Below, piece by piece: positions 28,605 through 40,633 of a DNA stretch of 64,000 bases. Numbering within the stretch: the first letter of the stretch is position 1; every line of letters starts with the position of its first letter. Under the pieces are notes generated by a model. The model was not told the DNA's origin. It was given only the letters and a program-made list of their open reading frames with translations, and did no database searches. The position numbers were made by a program, and so were the translations under genes. Source of the stretch: Candidatus Poribacteria bacterium. GTDB lineage: Bacteria; Poribacteria; WGA-4E; PCPOR2b. The DNA lies in assembly GCA_965218095.1 (NCBI GenBank), contig OZ244587.1, positions 2,880,001-2,944,000 on the forward strand, read 5' to 3'.

Positions 28605-30971
28605 TTAAAACAGCATCTGATCCAAAATCGACAGCGCCGCTGCCTTATCCGGCTGTGTCCGACCGGTCATCAGCGTATGAGTAGGACGGACGCAAGATGG
28701 GCACCCTTCCTCACAATCACATTCAGAAATCAACTTGAAGGCGTGTAGCATGAGCTCGTCAAGCAGGTCATAGCCGCGATCGGCATAGCCTAAGCCGCCG
28801 GGGTGGGCATCATAGAGGAAAATTGCCTGTTCGCCCAGATCTGTGGACTGCACTTTGCCACGGATGCTCTGCGCCTCCGCCATTGCCCGCAGCGGCAGAA
28901 TAGACTCAAGCACATTTTTGATTCCCTCTAGCCCATCGTCATAGTTTAGACCTCGCCGCTGCTGAATCGCATCAACCACGCTGGGGGGTGGCGTCAACCA
29001 GAAGGCAACGGTGTCCAACTCCTGTTCAGGCATATCCAGGAGCTGCGTCCCCAAATTTTCTAGCGTATAAAACCGAATGCGAGTGAAGCCAACCATCTTG
29101 CGTATTACACGTGCTGTCCCGATTTGGACAGCGACACTCCGCCAAACCTTCTCCGCTTGTCTTTCCGTAATAGTGATCTCCTCTGAGAACCAGGGTTGGG
29201 TATAGTAATCCACGTTCACTGACTCGACATAGGCAACCTTTTTCTCCATGTCCAACTGTTTCACTAAGTAGGTTTCGGCTTCGTGCATATAGATTGCATC
29301 AGGATAAACCATCGCCAGCCCGTTGACCGCATTCACGCTGCCGATTACACGATTACCAACGATCTCCCGAATCTGGTAGGAACCATCCGTGATTGCCCGC
29401 AAATTGACATTACTCGCCGGATATTTTTCGCTCGCCCAGTAATATCGATCATCAACCCGCACCATTTCACCCACATGACACAACTCATCGAGTACGAGAA
29501 CGGACATCTGACCCGACAGTGCTGTATCCGCTGCTTCTATCGGCGCCTCATGAACTGCACAGCGCAAATGGTCTATAAGGATATGAAGATTATCGGGTGC
29601 AATGACGGCGCTCTCAGGGGATTGATTAAACAGATACTCCGGGTGACGCATCAGGTACTGCTCAATCGGGTCATCGTGAGCGATCAGTACAATCATTGAC
29701 GACTCAGATCTCCGTCCGGCGCGTCCGGCTTGCTGCCACAAACTAGCGATCGTGCCGGGGAAGCCGACCATCAGGCACGCATCTAATCCCCCCACGTCTA
29801 TACCGAGCTCCAATGCGTTGGTCGCCGTTACGCCGAGCAACTTCCCCGAAAACAGCAACGCCTCGATCTCTCGTCGATCTTCGGGAAGATAGCCCCCACG
29901 ATAGGCGCGGACGGCATCGGCATAAGTTGCATCCGTTTCGTGCAAAAGGTCACGGACATACCGATGGATTAGTTCTGCCGTTATACGTGCACGGGTAAAT
30001 GTAATGGTCTGGCATCCCGCAAGAATCAATTGTGTCATCAACGTCTGTGCCTCAATGTTCGCACTGCGACGCGCGCGATTGGTTCGGTCCACGTAAGGGG
30101 GGTTCCATAACACGAAGTATCGCTCACCGCGTGGAGAACCGTCGTCCTGAATGAGCGCTGCCTCCTGGTTGATCAGTTTCTTGGCTAACTCCAGTGGGTT
30201 TGCAATCGTCGCTGAACAGCAGATAAACTGCGGATGCCCACCGTAATAACGGCAGATGCGAAGCAATCGACGTATCACGTTTGCGACATGCGAACCGAAG
30301 ACACCGCGATAGGTGTGCATCTCGTCGATCACGATAAAACGAAGATTGGCGAAAAATCGGCTCCAACGCGGGTGATGGGGGAGGATAGCAATGTTCAACA
30401 TATCCGGATTGGTGACCAGCAGGTTGACTTCTTCTCGGATCTGGCGGCGTTGGTATTGCGGAGTGTCGCCATCATAGGCATGAAGGCGCAGGATACCTTG
30501 CAGGGCGGGGTGTCCCTCCGCAAGGTTTACAACGGCGCGGATCTGATCTTGGGCGAGGGCTTTCGTGGGGAAAATGTACAACGCACAGGTGGAGGGGCGT
30601 TCCAAGAGCGATTCCAAAACCGGAAGGTTGTAGCAGAGGGTCTTTCCGCTGGCTGTCCCCGTTTCGATGACAATGTTTTTCCCTGCCTGAATCCACTTGA
30701 TTGCTTTGACCTGATGCGTGTAAAGTCGATTCACGCCTATCCGTTCAAGCGCAAATCGCAGTGGAAACGGCAGCGATTCAGACAGATCTGCATACTGCGC
30801 CTCACGCTTCTCAATATTCTGAACGTGGACGATTTGATCTTGATATGTGGGTGAATTACGAATTGATTTAAGAAAGGCTAAGACATCTATAATGTTTGAC
30901 CCACCTTCGGGTTGATGCGTGAAACATAAAACGTGATTTGCTGATTCGAGGATTCGTCGAAACATCGACAT
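28605..30971 (-). CDS. DEAD/DEAH-box helicase with DUF1998 (SftH/MrfA/YprA type)
   Basis: TASGKT, PTKALAQDQ, DEMH, SAT, ALELGIDVG, QQAGRAGR, YDAHPGGLG, CDCEEGCPSC; true start probably near 30890. Confidence 0.92.
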   Translation of the reverse strand: MSMFRRILESANHVLCFTHQPEGGSNIIDVLAFLKSIRNSPTYQDQIVHVQNIEKREAQYADLSESLPFPLRFALERIGVNRLYTHQVKAIKWIQAGKNIVIETGTASGKTLCYNLPVLESLLERPSTCALYIFPTKALAQDQIRAVVNLAEGHPALQGILRLHAYDGDTPQYQRRQIREEVNLLVTNPDMLNIAILPHHPRWSRFFANLRFIVIDEMHTYRGVFGSHVANVIRRLLRICRYYGGHPQFICCSATIANPLELAKKLINQEAALIQDDGSPRGERYFVLWNPPYVDRTNRARRSANIEAQTLMTQLILAGCQTITFTRARITAELIHRYVRDLLHETDATYADAVRAYRGGYLPEDRREIEALLFSGKLLGVTATNALELGIDVGGLDACLMVGFPGTIASLWQQAGRAGRRSESSMIVLIAHDDPIEQYLMRHPEYLFNQSPESAVIAPDNLHILIDHLRCAVHEAPIEAADTALSGQMSVLVLDELCHVGEMVRVDDRYYWASEKYPASNVNLRAITDGSYQIREIVGNRVIGSVNAVNGLAMVYPDAIYMHEAETYLVKQLDMEKKVAYVESVNVDYYTQPWFSEEITITERQAEKVWRSVAVQIGTARVIRKMVGFTRIRFYTLENLGTQLLDMPEQELDTVAFWLTPPPSVVDAIQQRRGLNYDDGLEGIKNVLESILPLRAMAEAQSIRGKVQSTDLGEQAIFLYDAHPGGLGYADRGYDLLDELMLHAFKLISECDCEEGCPSCVRPTHTLMTGRTQPDKAAALSILDQMLF

Positions 30972-31181
30972 TCAACTTCGTATCTAGCTTAATGAACAGG
31001 GGGTGCCCAAAAAATGAACGATGTGGAAGCATCAACTCAGCAGAAATGGCTAGGAATTCGCCCATAGACGCGGTTTCCAGCTTTAATCGCCTTTGGCACA
31101 AAAGTTGCCCTGTGCATGCTTGCCGAAAATTGTACAATAACCGTGCAGTATCATACAAGGTAATTATAGGAGATACACCTC

Positions 31182-33494
31182 ATGAGAAATCACTTTCAGT
31201 TTTTGTGGATGTACTTGAGTATTTTGTCAGCCACTATAAATACCGTTTATTCCGAAGAGCCCGCCCCAAACGAATCCCCAATTCAGTTAGAGGAGATCGC
31301 CGTAACGGCAACCCGCCTTGAGAAGGAGACCTTCCGAACTCCCAACACCATCTCGGTTGTTCAACGACCGCAGATCGAACGGGTTAACGCCGACATCACA
31401 CCGAGAATTTTGCGCGAAACCGTCGGTGTGTGGGCGCAACAGACAACGGTCGGACAAGGCTCTCCCTTGCTGCGAGGACTCACTGGATACCAAGCCTTTA
31501 TTCAAGTTGATGGCGTTCGCCTCAACAACTCCACCTTCAGATCCGGTCCCAATCAGTACCTCTCGACAATCTCTTCAGATAACTTAGATCGGATCGAGGT
31601 GCTGCGAGGACCGGGGTCTATGTTGTACGGTAGCGGCGCAATGGGCGGTGTGATTAGCCTTTTCACGAAAGATCCAACGCTTGACGGTACGAGTGAGAGT
31701 TGGAATTTTCAATCTCGCCTATTTGGTCGCTATGCCAGTGCCACACAGGAGCGGCTCGGACGACTTGAACTCACAGGCACCCACAACCGACTCGGCTTCG
31801 CGGTAGGTGCTTCTGCCCGAAGGTTTGGCGATTTAGATGCTGGTAGCGGCTACGACCTCCACTACAAGAACCGCAAGTTTGAAATCGTCACCACTCGCCC
31901 GGCGGGCGTCGAACTCTTTGAAGATCCGCCGCGGGATGTCCCAGAAAAGTGGTTAATCGATACGCAAGCTCCGCTCGGGTGGAAGGCCTACGATGGAGAT
32001 GCAAAAATCGCCTGTCAACTCAATGATAACAGCACCATCAACCTTTCCTATCAACTCTGGCGTCAACCCGAAACCCCACGTTATGATAAGATCTCAACCG
32101 GGGAATTTGATGTCTTTGCGTTTGCCCCACAAAATCGAGATCTGGTTTACGCCACTTACCTAACAAAACAGGTTGGGGCCATAGAACAGTTACGGTTCAC
32201 AACCTCCTACCATCGCCAAAAAGAGGGACGAAACGCGGTCAAGCGCGACGCGTCCGAACGGCGGGAACGATTTGATACCGTCAACACCTTTGGCGTCAGC
32301 GTACAGGCGATGAGCACCGCCTTGCCACGTCAGCGTGTTGTCTTCGGCGGCGAATTCTATCTTGATACGCTCGACAGTCGTACCGTCAAAACAGACCTTG
32401 ATACCGGGGCGGAAACCGTTGACGAAGATTTAGGGCGATTTATCGACGGCTCCCAGTTTTGGGATGCAAACCTTTTCCTTCAAGACGAAATCGAGTTACA
32501 CGACCAGGTCGAGTTGACGTTGGGCGGACGTCTGACCCTTTTCCACACGAACGCCGATCTGAGTCTCCGGAAACCGAGTTTTGATGAATTCGACGAATCT
32601 GGGAACGCGTTGACAGGAAGTGCGGGCGTCGTCGTGGGGGTGGCGGACGGCCTGAACCTCGTTGGCAATGTTGCAACCTCCTTCCGTGCGCCAAGCTTGA
32701 ATGACACAACCGCCGTCGAAGTGACCAACGAGGGCATTGACGCCCCAAGCCCTAACCTCGACCCCGAAACAGGGTGGACGGTTGAAGGTGGGTTCAAGGC
32801 GCGTTATCCACAGTTCATCGGTTCGGCGACCCTGTTCCACAGCCGTATTAATGATCTGGTCACACGAGTGCCCGTCGAGGAGGTGTACAACGGTCAAACG
32901 CTTCCCAAGCTCTACCGAGACATTCAATCCGCCAATCCCGGCATTGAGGTGTCCGTGTTTGATAACGTCGATAAGGTTCAAATTGAAGGGATTGAGTTTG
33001 CAGGGCTTGTCCCGATTCGCTCCGGCTGGTCAATCTATGGCAATGGGATGTTTACGCGAGGAAAAGTGTTACTGCTCAACGGCGCGGCCCCAAATCCAGA
33101 GAACCCGTGGGAGGAACGCATCCGCCGGGAACCGCCGTTAAACGGGATGCTTGGGGTTCGATGGGAACCGCCGGAAGGTCAGTTTTGGGGAGGTTTCTTC
33201 GTGCGTGGTGCGGTGAAGCAAGATCGGCTGAGTCATGGCGACATCCGTGACCCCCGCATTCCTGGTAAAACCCCTGAAACGGCAGCGGTTCAGTTTGACG
33301 AAAAAGGTCGCGTTATCGACGCTGGTACGCCCGGCTGGTTCACGCTCAACTTGCGTGGTGGGGCACGTTTGACGGAGTATAATCGCCTGACGGTTGCCCT
33401 CGAAAACCTGCTGGATAAGCGGTATCGTGAGCACGGATCGGGGGTCAATGCGCCGGGGTTCAATGTCATTGTGAGCTTGGATAACCGGTTCTAG
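31182..33494 (+). CDS. TonB-dependent receptor
   Basis: Signal peptide, EEIAVTATR TonB box, RIEVLRGPGSMLYGSGAMGGVI plug, ENLLDKRY, terminal Phe. Confidence 0.93.
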   Translation: MRNHFQFLWMYLSILSATINTVYSEEPAPNESPIQLEEIAVTATRLEKETFRTPNTISVVQRPQIERVNADITPRILRETVGVWAQQTTVGQGSPLLRGLTGYQAFIQVDGVRLNNSTFRSGPNQYLSTISSDNLDRIEVLRGPGSMLYGSGAMGGVISLFTKDPTLDGTSESWNFQSRLFGRYASATQERLGRLELTGTHNRLGFAVGASARRFGDLDAGSGYDLHYKNRKFEIVTTRPAGVELFEDPPRDVPEKWLIDTQAPLGWKAYDGDAKIACQLNDNSTINLSYQLWRQPETPRYDKISTGEFDVFAFAPQNRDLVYATYLTKQVGAIEQLRFTTSYHRQKEGRNAVKRDASERRERFDTVNTFGVSVQAMSTALPRQRVVFGGEFYLDTLDSRTVKTDLDTGAETVDEDLGRFIDGSQFWDANLFLQDEIELHDQVELTLGGRLTLFHTNADLSLRKPSFDEFDESGNALTGSAGVVVGVADGLNLVGNVATSFRAPSLNDTTAVEVTNEGIDAPSPNLDPETGWTVEGGFKARYPQFIGSATLFHSRINDLVTRVPVEEVYNGQTLPKLYRDIQSANPGIEVSVFDNVDKVQIEGIEFAGLVPIRSGWSIYGNGMFTRGKVLLLNGAAPNPENPWEERIRREPPLNGMLGVRWEPPEGQFWGGFFVRGAVKQDRLSHGDIRDPRIPGKTPETAAVQFDEKGRVIDAGTPGWFTLNLRGGARLTEYNRLTVALENLLDKRYREHGSGVNAPGFNVIVSLDNRF

Positions 33495-33527
33495 TGCGTT
33501 TGAGCGTTGTGCGATGAGCAGTCTACC

Positions 33528-33818
33528 ATGAAAAAGCGATTCGTACTTTCCCTATGCCTCGCATTGTTCACTTCCGCCACATTTGCCGCAATTGGTTCGC
33601 TTGGGGACGGATTTCTCCAGCAAGCCCACTTTCTGCCGGATGGCACAATTCTGCGTGTGATGTGGGACTACATTGAGATTGCCGATCCGGACACGAATGA
33701 AATCATTGAGAAATTTGCTGAAGGGTTAAACTGGGGGGAGATGACCCTAAGTCCAGACGGTATATGGCTGGCAATTGTGACCAATCCACACAGAGTGGGG
33801 ATACATTCTCTAACGTGA
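33528..33818 (+). pseudogene. Truncated secreted WD40-like protein
   Basis: Signal peptide, FLPDG and LSPDG..LA blades, abrupt end. Confidence 0.5.
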
Positions 33819-33841
33819 TAGTGCAGAGTACCGGGGGTATC

Positions 33842-34591
33842 ATGAAACAGATTTGCATGACACTGATCGTCGAGTTAATTTTATGTGGGATAAGCGTAAC
33901 CGTTGCCGAAGAAGAAGTCAACACCAATCCCGAAGAAATCGAGCAACTTCGTACGCTGACGGCGTATACCGTCGAGCCGGGTGAATTAGAGGTTGACTTT
34001 GTTCCCCAACATCTGCGCTTCGATGAGTACAACACCACGTCGCTGATTATCGAAGCCGAATTTGGTCTGACTCGACATTGGGATGTCGAAGTGGAAGTGC
34101 CTTTCGTTTCGATCGCCAGAAGCAACGAGATAGAGACTGGGCTTGGCGACATCGAACTGGAATCGAAGTACATGCTTGTAATTGGTTCTGATACCCGTTT
34201 CGCCCTTGCCGCTGTTGCTGAAATTTCGTTTCCAACTGGGAATGAGGAGAAGAAAATAGGAAAAGGCAACTTGGAAGTTGAAGGGGGCGTTGTGTTCAGC
34301 GGACGGTTGCAGAATCTCCGCTGGCATCTCAATGCTGGAATCGGTATTGAACAGGAAAACAACGAAACGGAACCTGAATTCATAACCAATCTAGCGGTGG
34401 TTTATCCGCGAGGTTTGTTTTAACCGATGCTTGGTATAAACAGTGAATTTGGAGAGATTAACCACCTTACGCTCATCCCTGCTATCGAATGGGAAGCGTT
34501 CGGACTGGAATTCGGCGTCGGATTCCCCGTTGGGCTGACGGACGCATCTGAAAATTTCGGTTTTATCATTGATATTGAAGTGGAGTTTTGA
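33842..34591 (+). pseudogene. Outer-membrane beta-barrel (transporter-like), in-frame TAA
   Basis: GLGDIEL..KY, FPTG motifs; frame continues 55 codons past TAA 34421 to terminal ...IEVEF*. Confidence 0.7.
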
Positions 34592-34640
34592 TTGAAGGGC
34601 ATTTGCCCTTTTACCAAATCTAATTTCGGAGGTAAGTATC

Positions 34641-34748
34641 ATGAATTGGGCGCATGTACATCTTTTGATTAATCACATCCCGGTTTTAGGCACGGTGTTT
34701 GGTACTCTATTATGGAGGCGGAGCAGTATCGCACGACAAGACGGATGA
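34641..34748 (+). pseudogene. N-terminal relic of a DUF2231-like membrane protein
   Basis: GGAGG RBS; MNWAHVHLLINHIPVLG (H...NH.P motif) then premature stop. Confidence 0.5.
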
Positions 34749-34820
34749 CCGTTGTGCGATAAAACTGTCCCTCAAATCATCATTACCAAACATATCAAAC
34801 GCGAGAAGGAAGTAAGAAGC

Positions 34821-35335
34821 ATGTTTCGACAATTTTGGAAATTCACGCTTTTGACCTGCGTGCTTGCAGGCTGCGCGGCGCTTAGCAATTCGCAGCCTAG
34901 CGGCGACTACGTCCCGATTGCCGGACTTGTCTGCAATTCCCCGGAGATGGTGGATGGTGACATGGACACCAGCAACCTCGTTTACATTGAGGGGGGCAAA
35001 GGCGTCGGAGAACGAAATAAGGGAGTCAGCACGATGCGATTGGATTCTCCGGTAGCGCATCTAATCGCGCCAACGACGGTGCAGTTGCCCAAGCGGTATG
35101 AAGTGGGGATGATTGTCCTTTACGGAGAACATTTCATTTGATGGACTTCAAGGTCTTGGCGAAGATTGGTGAGGATTGGAAGGAATTACGGCGATTCCGC
35201 AACAACCGCCGGAAGCGTATCGTGGTGATCACTCCGGTTGTGACAGACACGATACACATCATTGCGATTAAAAGTTTTCTCAGCCCCAAACAGCGTCCGA
35301 GAATCCAGGAAATTCAGATCTATGGCAAGCCTTGA
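34821..35335 (+). pseudogene. Lipoprotein with discoidin-like fold, frameshifted
   Basis: LAGC lipobox; CATTT duplicated at 35130-35139, removing one copy fuses both ORFs; ends IQEIQIYG. Confidence 0.65.
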
Positions 35336-35979
35336 AGTTATCCCAAATAGTGGAAGAAAACGCATGCCGATCAGACAGCAGCGGGACGTTACCTCCGTTT
35401 CAGCCTGAACGTTCAAATGTGAAGGAAAGAAACGAAGGCGTTTGGTTGTAACATCAAGTGTGTTAGAAAAGGTGAACACGGAGTACACCGTAAATCCGTC
35501 AACGAACGAAAATAAAATAGGGAGAAGATGGGGAACCACAATGTTTTTACAATCATCCCCATTTTTCTCCCTATTTTTGTTTTCTGAAGGGATAGAGGGT
35601 CGGCGCAGAAGGAGGTTTTCAAACAATGAAGATTCGACACAAGTTTGGTAGAGTGTGCGTTTTGCTGATCTGACTGACGTGTATACCCATTGCGTGCACC
35701 AGCAAGAATAGCAATACGCAACAAGATACAGCCAAACTGATTGAGCAAGCACGAGACGGGAAAGGCTAATCAACCCAGGCGACTCGACCGGCGCCTTAGA
35801 AAAAAGATCGCTCACTATTGAGGGATGTGCTATAATCAAAGTGGTGTGGCAAGGTCATTCTCATTGCCTAATTTTCAAGAAATCCAATCCTTTTCCACGA
35901 TTGGCGACACTGAAGGAAAGACAGAAAGTTTCCTCCAGTGCCTCCCTTCCTGTTCTGGATGTAACGATGGTGTTCTAAG

Positions 35980-38436
35980 ATGAATAGTAATCAAATTAAA
36001 AGAATCCTTCACAATATTCTCATGCTGCTTCTCATTGCAATTATCGGGGTGATGACGCTGATCTGCGTCGGCATCGGATTCGTTGGGGGCGTTGTCCTCG
36101 CTTCGTGGGAATTGATTAAAGATATTGACCTGGGACAACTCGAATACCGCCAGTCCGATACGTGGAAACAACATCTTGAGGTCTACTCTTCTGTCTGCAT
36201 GGTTCAACAGGAAGATTTGATTGCGTTCCTCCTAGATAAACTGAAGCGGCTGGAGTATGAAGAAAGTCAGCAAAAGTTCATCAAGCCGAGTACAGTTGGG
36301 CAATATTCGACCGTGCTCGATGAAGGGGGACAAAATGGAAGGATGTGGATTTATCTTCAGGGTTTCCATTTCCCACGCGCGGATCGACAGCCATATCGGG
36401 TCGAACTCTCCGTGAGTAATGGAAAAATCGCTGCCATCCAAAACGACAACGGTGAAGAAATCGACAGTTTCGATCTCAGGCCCGAGTTGATTAATGAGAG
36501 GTATGATAAAGGCGGCGAAGCGCGGGAAATTGTGCAACTTGTGCAAATGCCTGACAATCTGCTGCGAGCGTTCCTTGCGGTTGAAGATAAGCGATTTTAC
36601 AGGCATTGGGGCGTTGACCTGCGAGGGGTTGTCCGCGCCGCCATCTACAATATTCAGTTATATTTAGGAAAAACGCAGGGAACGCCGCAAGGCGCAAGTA
36701 CAATTACGCAGCAACTCACACGGAATATTTATCTGAGTCTGGAGCAGCGGATTTTGCGGAAGATTAAAGAAGTCTTGCTCGCCATCCGCATCGAACATCA
36801 CTTTTCCAAGGACGAGATCCTTGAGAGATACCTTAACCTGATTAACCTGGGACGATACGGTTCACGAGATGTGCTTGGCGTCCAGGAAGCAGCAAAAAGC
36901 TATTTTGGGAAGCCGGTTTGGGAGTTAGACATCCATGAGTGTGCTACGCTGGCGGGCGTTCCAAAATCTCCAACGCGTTATTCGCCGGTGCGTCATCCGG
37001 AGCGTTCAAAGGAACGGCGCAATCTTGTGCTTGGACTGATGCGACGGACAGGCTATATCGATCAAGCGGAATACGAGACAAACGTGAAGAAGCCCGTTGT
37101 CGTTGAGGTGCCTGAAAGCGAGCAAATTCGAGAAGTTTCTCATTTCTTGGAGCATGTGCATGAACAACTGACGCAAATCCCCGAGTTAGAAGATCGATTG
37201 TACAATCAGGGCTTAAAGGTGTACACAACAATCGATATGTCCATGCAAAAGGTTGCGGAAAGGGCAGTTGCGAACCACTTGCGTGAACTTGACAGAAATC
37301 TGAGGAGATTGCGAGCCTACAGAGATTTGCCCGACTACGATGTGAATAAAAACAATCCAAATGGCATTGATCCGATTGCTAACTACTTACAAGCGGGGCT
37401 AGTCGCCATTGAACCGCAAACCGGGCACATCAAGGCGATGGTTGGTGGAAGGGATTTCTATATCACACGGCAGAAGATTAATTTCTATAATCGTGCGATC
37501 CAAGCATATCGCCAACCCGGTTCAGCGTTCAAGCCGATTGTCTTTGCGGCGATGCTTAATTTGCCGCCCTTAGTGACGCCTGCAACGATTATTCGTGACG
37601 AAGCGTGGTTTGTTAAAGGTGAACCAGGGACAAGATGGGAACCGCATAACTACAAAGGGAGGTACTATGGAGATGTCACCGCGCGAACGATTTTGGAGAA
37701 ATCAATCAACGTCGCGACGGCAAAAATGATGTGGGAAACACCGGAGGATAAAAACGAAAAACCATCAGGGCTTAATCGCACGCTTGCGCTCGCCAAACGT
37801 CTGGGTATTCAAACTTATTTACCCCTGTATCCGTCAATTGCGCTAGGTTCGAGGGGTTTGCCCCCGCTTGAACTCACCGCGGCTTACGCTGTCTTTGCCA
37901 ACAGGGGGCTGCGAACGAAACCAATTAACATTCAGTATGTCGAAGATCGAAATGGAGAAATCCTGATTGAAAGTCAGGTTCAGCGTGAGCGGGTACTTGA
38001 CGAAAATGTAGCTTATCTCGTCACGCATCTCCTGGAAGGCGTGATTCAAAATGGTACTGGTCGGCGTGTGCGTCTCATGGGGTTGACACGTCCGGCCGCC
38101 GGCAAAACCGGCACGACGAACGATTTCACAGATGCGTGGTTCGTTGGCTATCTTCCGAATCTTGCCGTTGGGGTTTGGGTCGGATTTGACGACCCAAAGA
38201 AAAGCACAGCGAAGACGGGGGCATTTGTTGCCTTACCCATCTGGACGAGATTTATGATCGAGGGGGCACGAGGTCCCGTAGAGGAGTTTCACATTCCGTC
38301 CGGCATTGTCTTTCGAGAGATTGATAAGGAGACGGGATTGCTGAAATACGAGGGAAAGTGTCCAGAGGAACACATTATCCGTGAATCCTTTCTCATTGGA
38401 CACGAACCGAAGATGCTTTGTAATGTACATGAGTAA
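35980..38436 (+). CDS. Class A penicillin-binding protein (PBP1A/1B family)
   Basis: EDKRF..HWG, GASTITQQL, RKIKE; SAFK, SIN, KTG transpeptidase motifs. Confidence 0.93.
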   Translation: MNSNQIKRILHNILMLLLIAIIGVMTLICVGIGFVGGVVLASWELIKDIDLGQLEYRQSDTWKQHLEVYSSVCMVQQEDLIAFLLDKLKRLEYEESQQKFIKPSTVGQYSTVLDEGGQNGRMWIYLQGFHFPRADRQPYRVELSVSNGKIAAIQNDNGEEIDSFDLRPELINERYDKGGEAREIVQLVQMPDNLLRAFLAVEDKRFYRHWGVDLRGVVRAAIYNIQLYLGKTQGTPQGASTITQQLTRNIYLSLEQRILRKIKEVLLAIRIEHHFSKDEILERYLNLINLGRYGSRDVLGVQEAAKSYFGKPVWELDIHECATLAGVPKSPTRYSPVRHPERSKERRNLVLGLMRRTGYIDQAEYETNVKKPVVVEVPESEQIREVSHFLEHVHEQLTQIPELEDRLYNQGLKVYTTIDMSMQKVAERAVANHLRELDRNLRRLRAYRDLPDYDVNKNNPNGIDPIANYLQAGLVAIEPQTGHIKAMVGGRDFYITRQKINFYNRAIQAYRQPGSAFKPIVFAAMLNLPPLVTPATIIRDEAWFVKGEPGTRWEPHNYKGRYYGDVTARTILEKSINVATAKMMWETPEDKNEKPSGLNRTLALAKRLGIQTYLPLYPSIALGSRGLPPLELTAAYAVFANRGLRTKPINIQYVEDRNGEILIESQVQRERVLDENVAYLVTHLLEGVIQNGTGRRVRLMGLTRPAAGKTGTTNDFTDAWFVGYLPNLAVGVWVGFDDPKKSTAKTGAFVALPIWTRFMIEGARGPVEEFHIPSGIVFREIDKETGLLKYEGKCPEEHIIRESFLIGHEPKMLCNVHE

Positions 38437-38459
38437 TGCGTAAAACGTGAAACATCATG

Positions 38460-38614
38460 AGGGCGTGTTGACAAATTAATCGCCGATCCAGTCGCCGCCC
38501 AAGTTTCTTAATCCCGATGCAATCGGGGATTCTATTCCTTCGCTTCGCTCTGCTCCAGGATGACAAGGTTAGAAAGGCTGCCAGTGGATTACCCCGAATT
38601 TGTCAACAGAGCCT
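38460..38614. mobile_element. MITE-like element with 18-bp imperfect terminal inverted repeats
   Basis: AGGGCGTGTTGACAAATT vs reverse complement AGGCTCTGTTGACAAATT (15/18); no ORF. Confidence 0.55.
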
Positions 38615-38622
38615 GATATTAC

Positions 38623-40632
38623 ATGATGCCGCTGGGGAGTGAAAACATGCAAAAATTTGAGTTGGTTTCAGATTATACACCACAAGGGGATCAGCCGCAA
38701 GCCATCGACGAACTCACAGAGGGCTTGCTGCGAAAGGATCGATTTCAGACACTGTTGGGCGTGACGGGTTCCGGGAAGACATTTACGATGGCACACGTCA
38801 TCGCCAACGTCCAACGCCCGACATTAGTGATCTCCCACAACAAAACCCTTGCCGCCCAGTTGTACAGCGAGTTCAGGGAATTTTTCCCGAACAATGCCGT
38901 TCATTACTTCGTCAGCTACTACGACTACTACCAGCCTGAAGCGTACATCCCGACGACAGACACTTATATCGAGAAAGATATACAGATTAACGAGGAGATA
39001 GATCGGCTGCGTCTCGCTTCAACGGCATCGCTGCTCACTCGCCATGACGTCATCATTGTTGCTAGCGTTTCCTGTATCTACGGCATCGGATCACCGAAGG
39101 AGTACAATGTACAGCGGGTTGAAGTGAATCAGGGGGACATCATCAAAAGGAACAAGTTCCTGCGTGCGCTCGTGGATATTCGGTACGAGCGTAACGATTT
39201 TGATTTTTCACGAGGGTGTTTCCGCGCTCGCGGCGATGTGATTGAGGTTTTCCCGGCGTATGCAGATACCGCCTATCGAATCGAACTGTTCGACGACGAG
39301 GTGGATCGCATTACGGAGATCGACACACTGACAGGCGAGGTCCTGGCGGAACATCACACCATCGAGATTTTCCCTGCCAAACACTTCATGACAGACTCCG
39401 AGCGGTTTGAACAGGCACTTCTGGACATTGAGGCCGAGCTTCAGGAACGGATTGACTACTTCATTGCCAATAACAAACTGTTGGAAGCTCAACGAATTGA
39501 ACAGCGAACGCAGTTTGACCTCGAAATGATGCGGGAAATCGGCTATTGCCAGGGCATCGAAAACTACTCACGTCATCTGTCAGGTCTAGCCCCCGGTGAG
39601 CCGCCCTACTGCTTGATTAACTATTTTTCTGATGACTATCTCATGATTGTTGACGAATCCCATGTTACCCTGCCGCAGATTCGCGGGATGTATCGCGGCG
39701 ATCAATCACGAAAGCAGACCTTGGTGGGCTACGGATTCCGTCTGCCATCGGCGCTGGACAATCGTCCCCTGCGCTTTGAAGAGTTCGAATCGTATGTCCA
39801 TCAAGCGGTGTTTGTTTCAGCGACGCCCGGTCCTTATGAACTGGACCACAGTTCACAAGTTGTTGAGCAGATTATCCGCCCCACCGGGTTAATCGATCCG
39901 AAGATTACGGTTCACCCGGTCGAAGGGCAAATCGACCACCTCATCGGCGTCATCAACAAGCGGGTTGCTCAAAGACAGCGCGTCTTGGTCACCACGCTCA
40001 CGAAGCGCATGGCAGAGGATTTGACCGACTACCTCACCGAAGCCGGCGTCAAAGCCGAATACCTCCATTCGGATATCGATACGTTGGATCGCGCACGAAT
40101 TTTGAAAGAGCTCCGCCAGGGCAGGTTTGATGTCCTCGTTGGGATTAACCTGCTCCGTGAGGGCTTAGATCTCCCCGAAGTGTCGCTCGTCGCGATTCTT
40201 GATGCAGACCGCGCGGGCTTCCTCCGATCCGAAACATCGCTGATTCAGACCGCCGGCCGCGCCGCTCGAAATGTTGATGGTGAGGTCCTCCTGTATGCAG
40301 AGGAAATCACTAACGCCATCCACAACACCATTGAAGAAACCGAACGACGCCGAAAAGTGCAGATGGTTTATAATGAAGAACATGGCATCACACCAGCGAC
40401 AATTGATAAGGCAATCCGTGATCTCGTCGGTGAAATTGTTGATGAAGCGGAGAAGCCGGAAGAGATTCTGGCGATTGAAATTCCGGCGGAGACACCTGAG
40501 GAAGAAATTCAGACGCTCATCGCTGAACTCACGAAGGAAATGCAGAAGGCAGCGTCGAATCTGGAGTTTGAAAAGGCGGCTGCTTTGCGCGATCAGATCG
40601 GAGAGATTAAACGGGAGCTTTCAGGGAGTTAA
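38623..40632 (+). CDS. uvrB: Excinuclease ABC subunit B
   Basis: [50 protein letters not shown] tail; start possibly ATG 38647. Confidence 0.98.
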   Translation: MMPLGSENMQKFELVSDYTPQGDQPQAIDELTEGLLRKDRFQTLLGVTGSGKTFTMAHVIANVQRPTLVISHNKTLAAQLYSEFREFFPNNAVHYFVSYYDYYQPEAYIPTTDTYIEKDIQINEEIDRLRLASTASLLTRHDVIIVASVSCIYGIGSPKEYNVQRVEVNQGDIIKRNKFLRALVDIRYERNDFDFSRGCFRARGDVIEVFPAYADTAYRIELFDDEVDRITEIDTLTGEVLAEHHTIEIFPAKHFMTDSERFEQALLDIEAELQERIDYFIANNKLLEAQRIEQRTQFDLEMMREIGYCQGIENYSRHLSGLAPGEPPYCLINYFSDDYLMIVDESHVTLPQIRGMYRGDQSRKQTLVGYGFRLPSALDNRPLRFEEFESYVHQAVFVSATPGPYELDHSSQVVEQIIRPTGLIDPKITVHPVEGQIDHLIGVINKRVAQRQRVLVTTLTKRMAEDLTDYLTEAGVKAEYLHSDIDTLDRARILKELRQGRFDVLVGINLLREGLDLPEVSLVAILDADRAGFLRSETSLIQTAGRAARNVDGEVLLYAEEITNAIHNTIEETERRRKVQMVYNEEHGITPATIDKAIRDLVGEIVDEAEKPEEILAIEIPAETPEEEIQTLIAELTKEMQKAASNLEFEKAAALRDQIGEIKRELSGS

Positions 40633-40633
40633 G

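Noticed and set aside
28605-30971. DUF1998 helicase as part of DISARM or Druantia
   Set aside because: Stand-alone SftH/MrfA-type architecture with no partner genes adjacent
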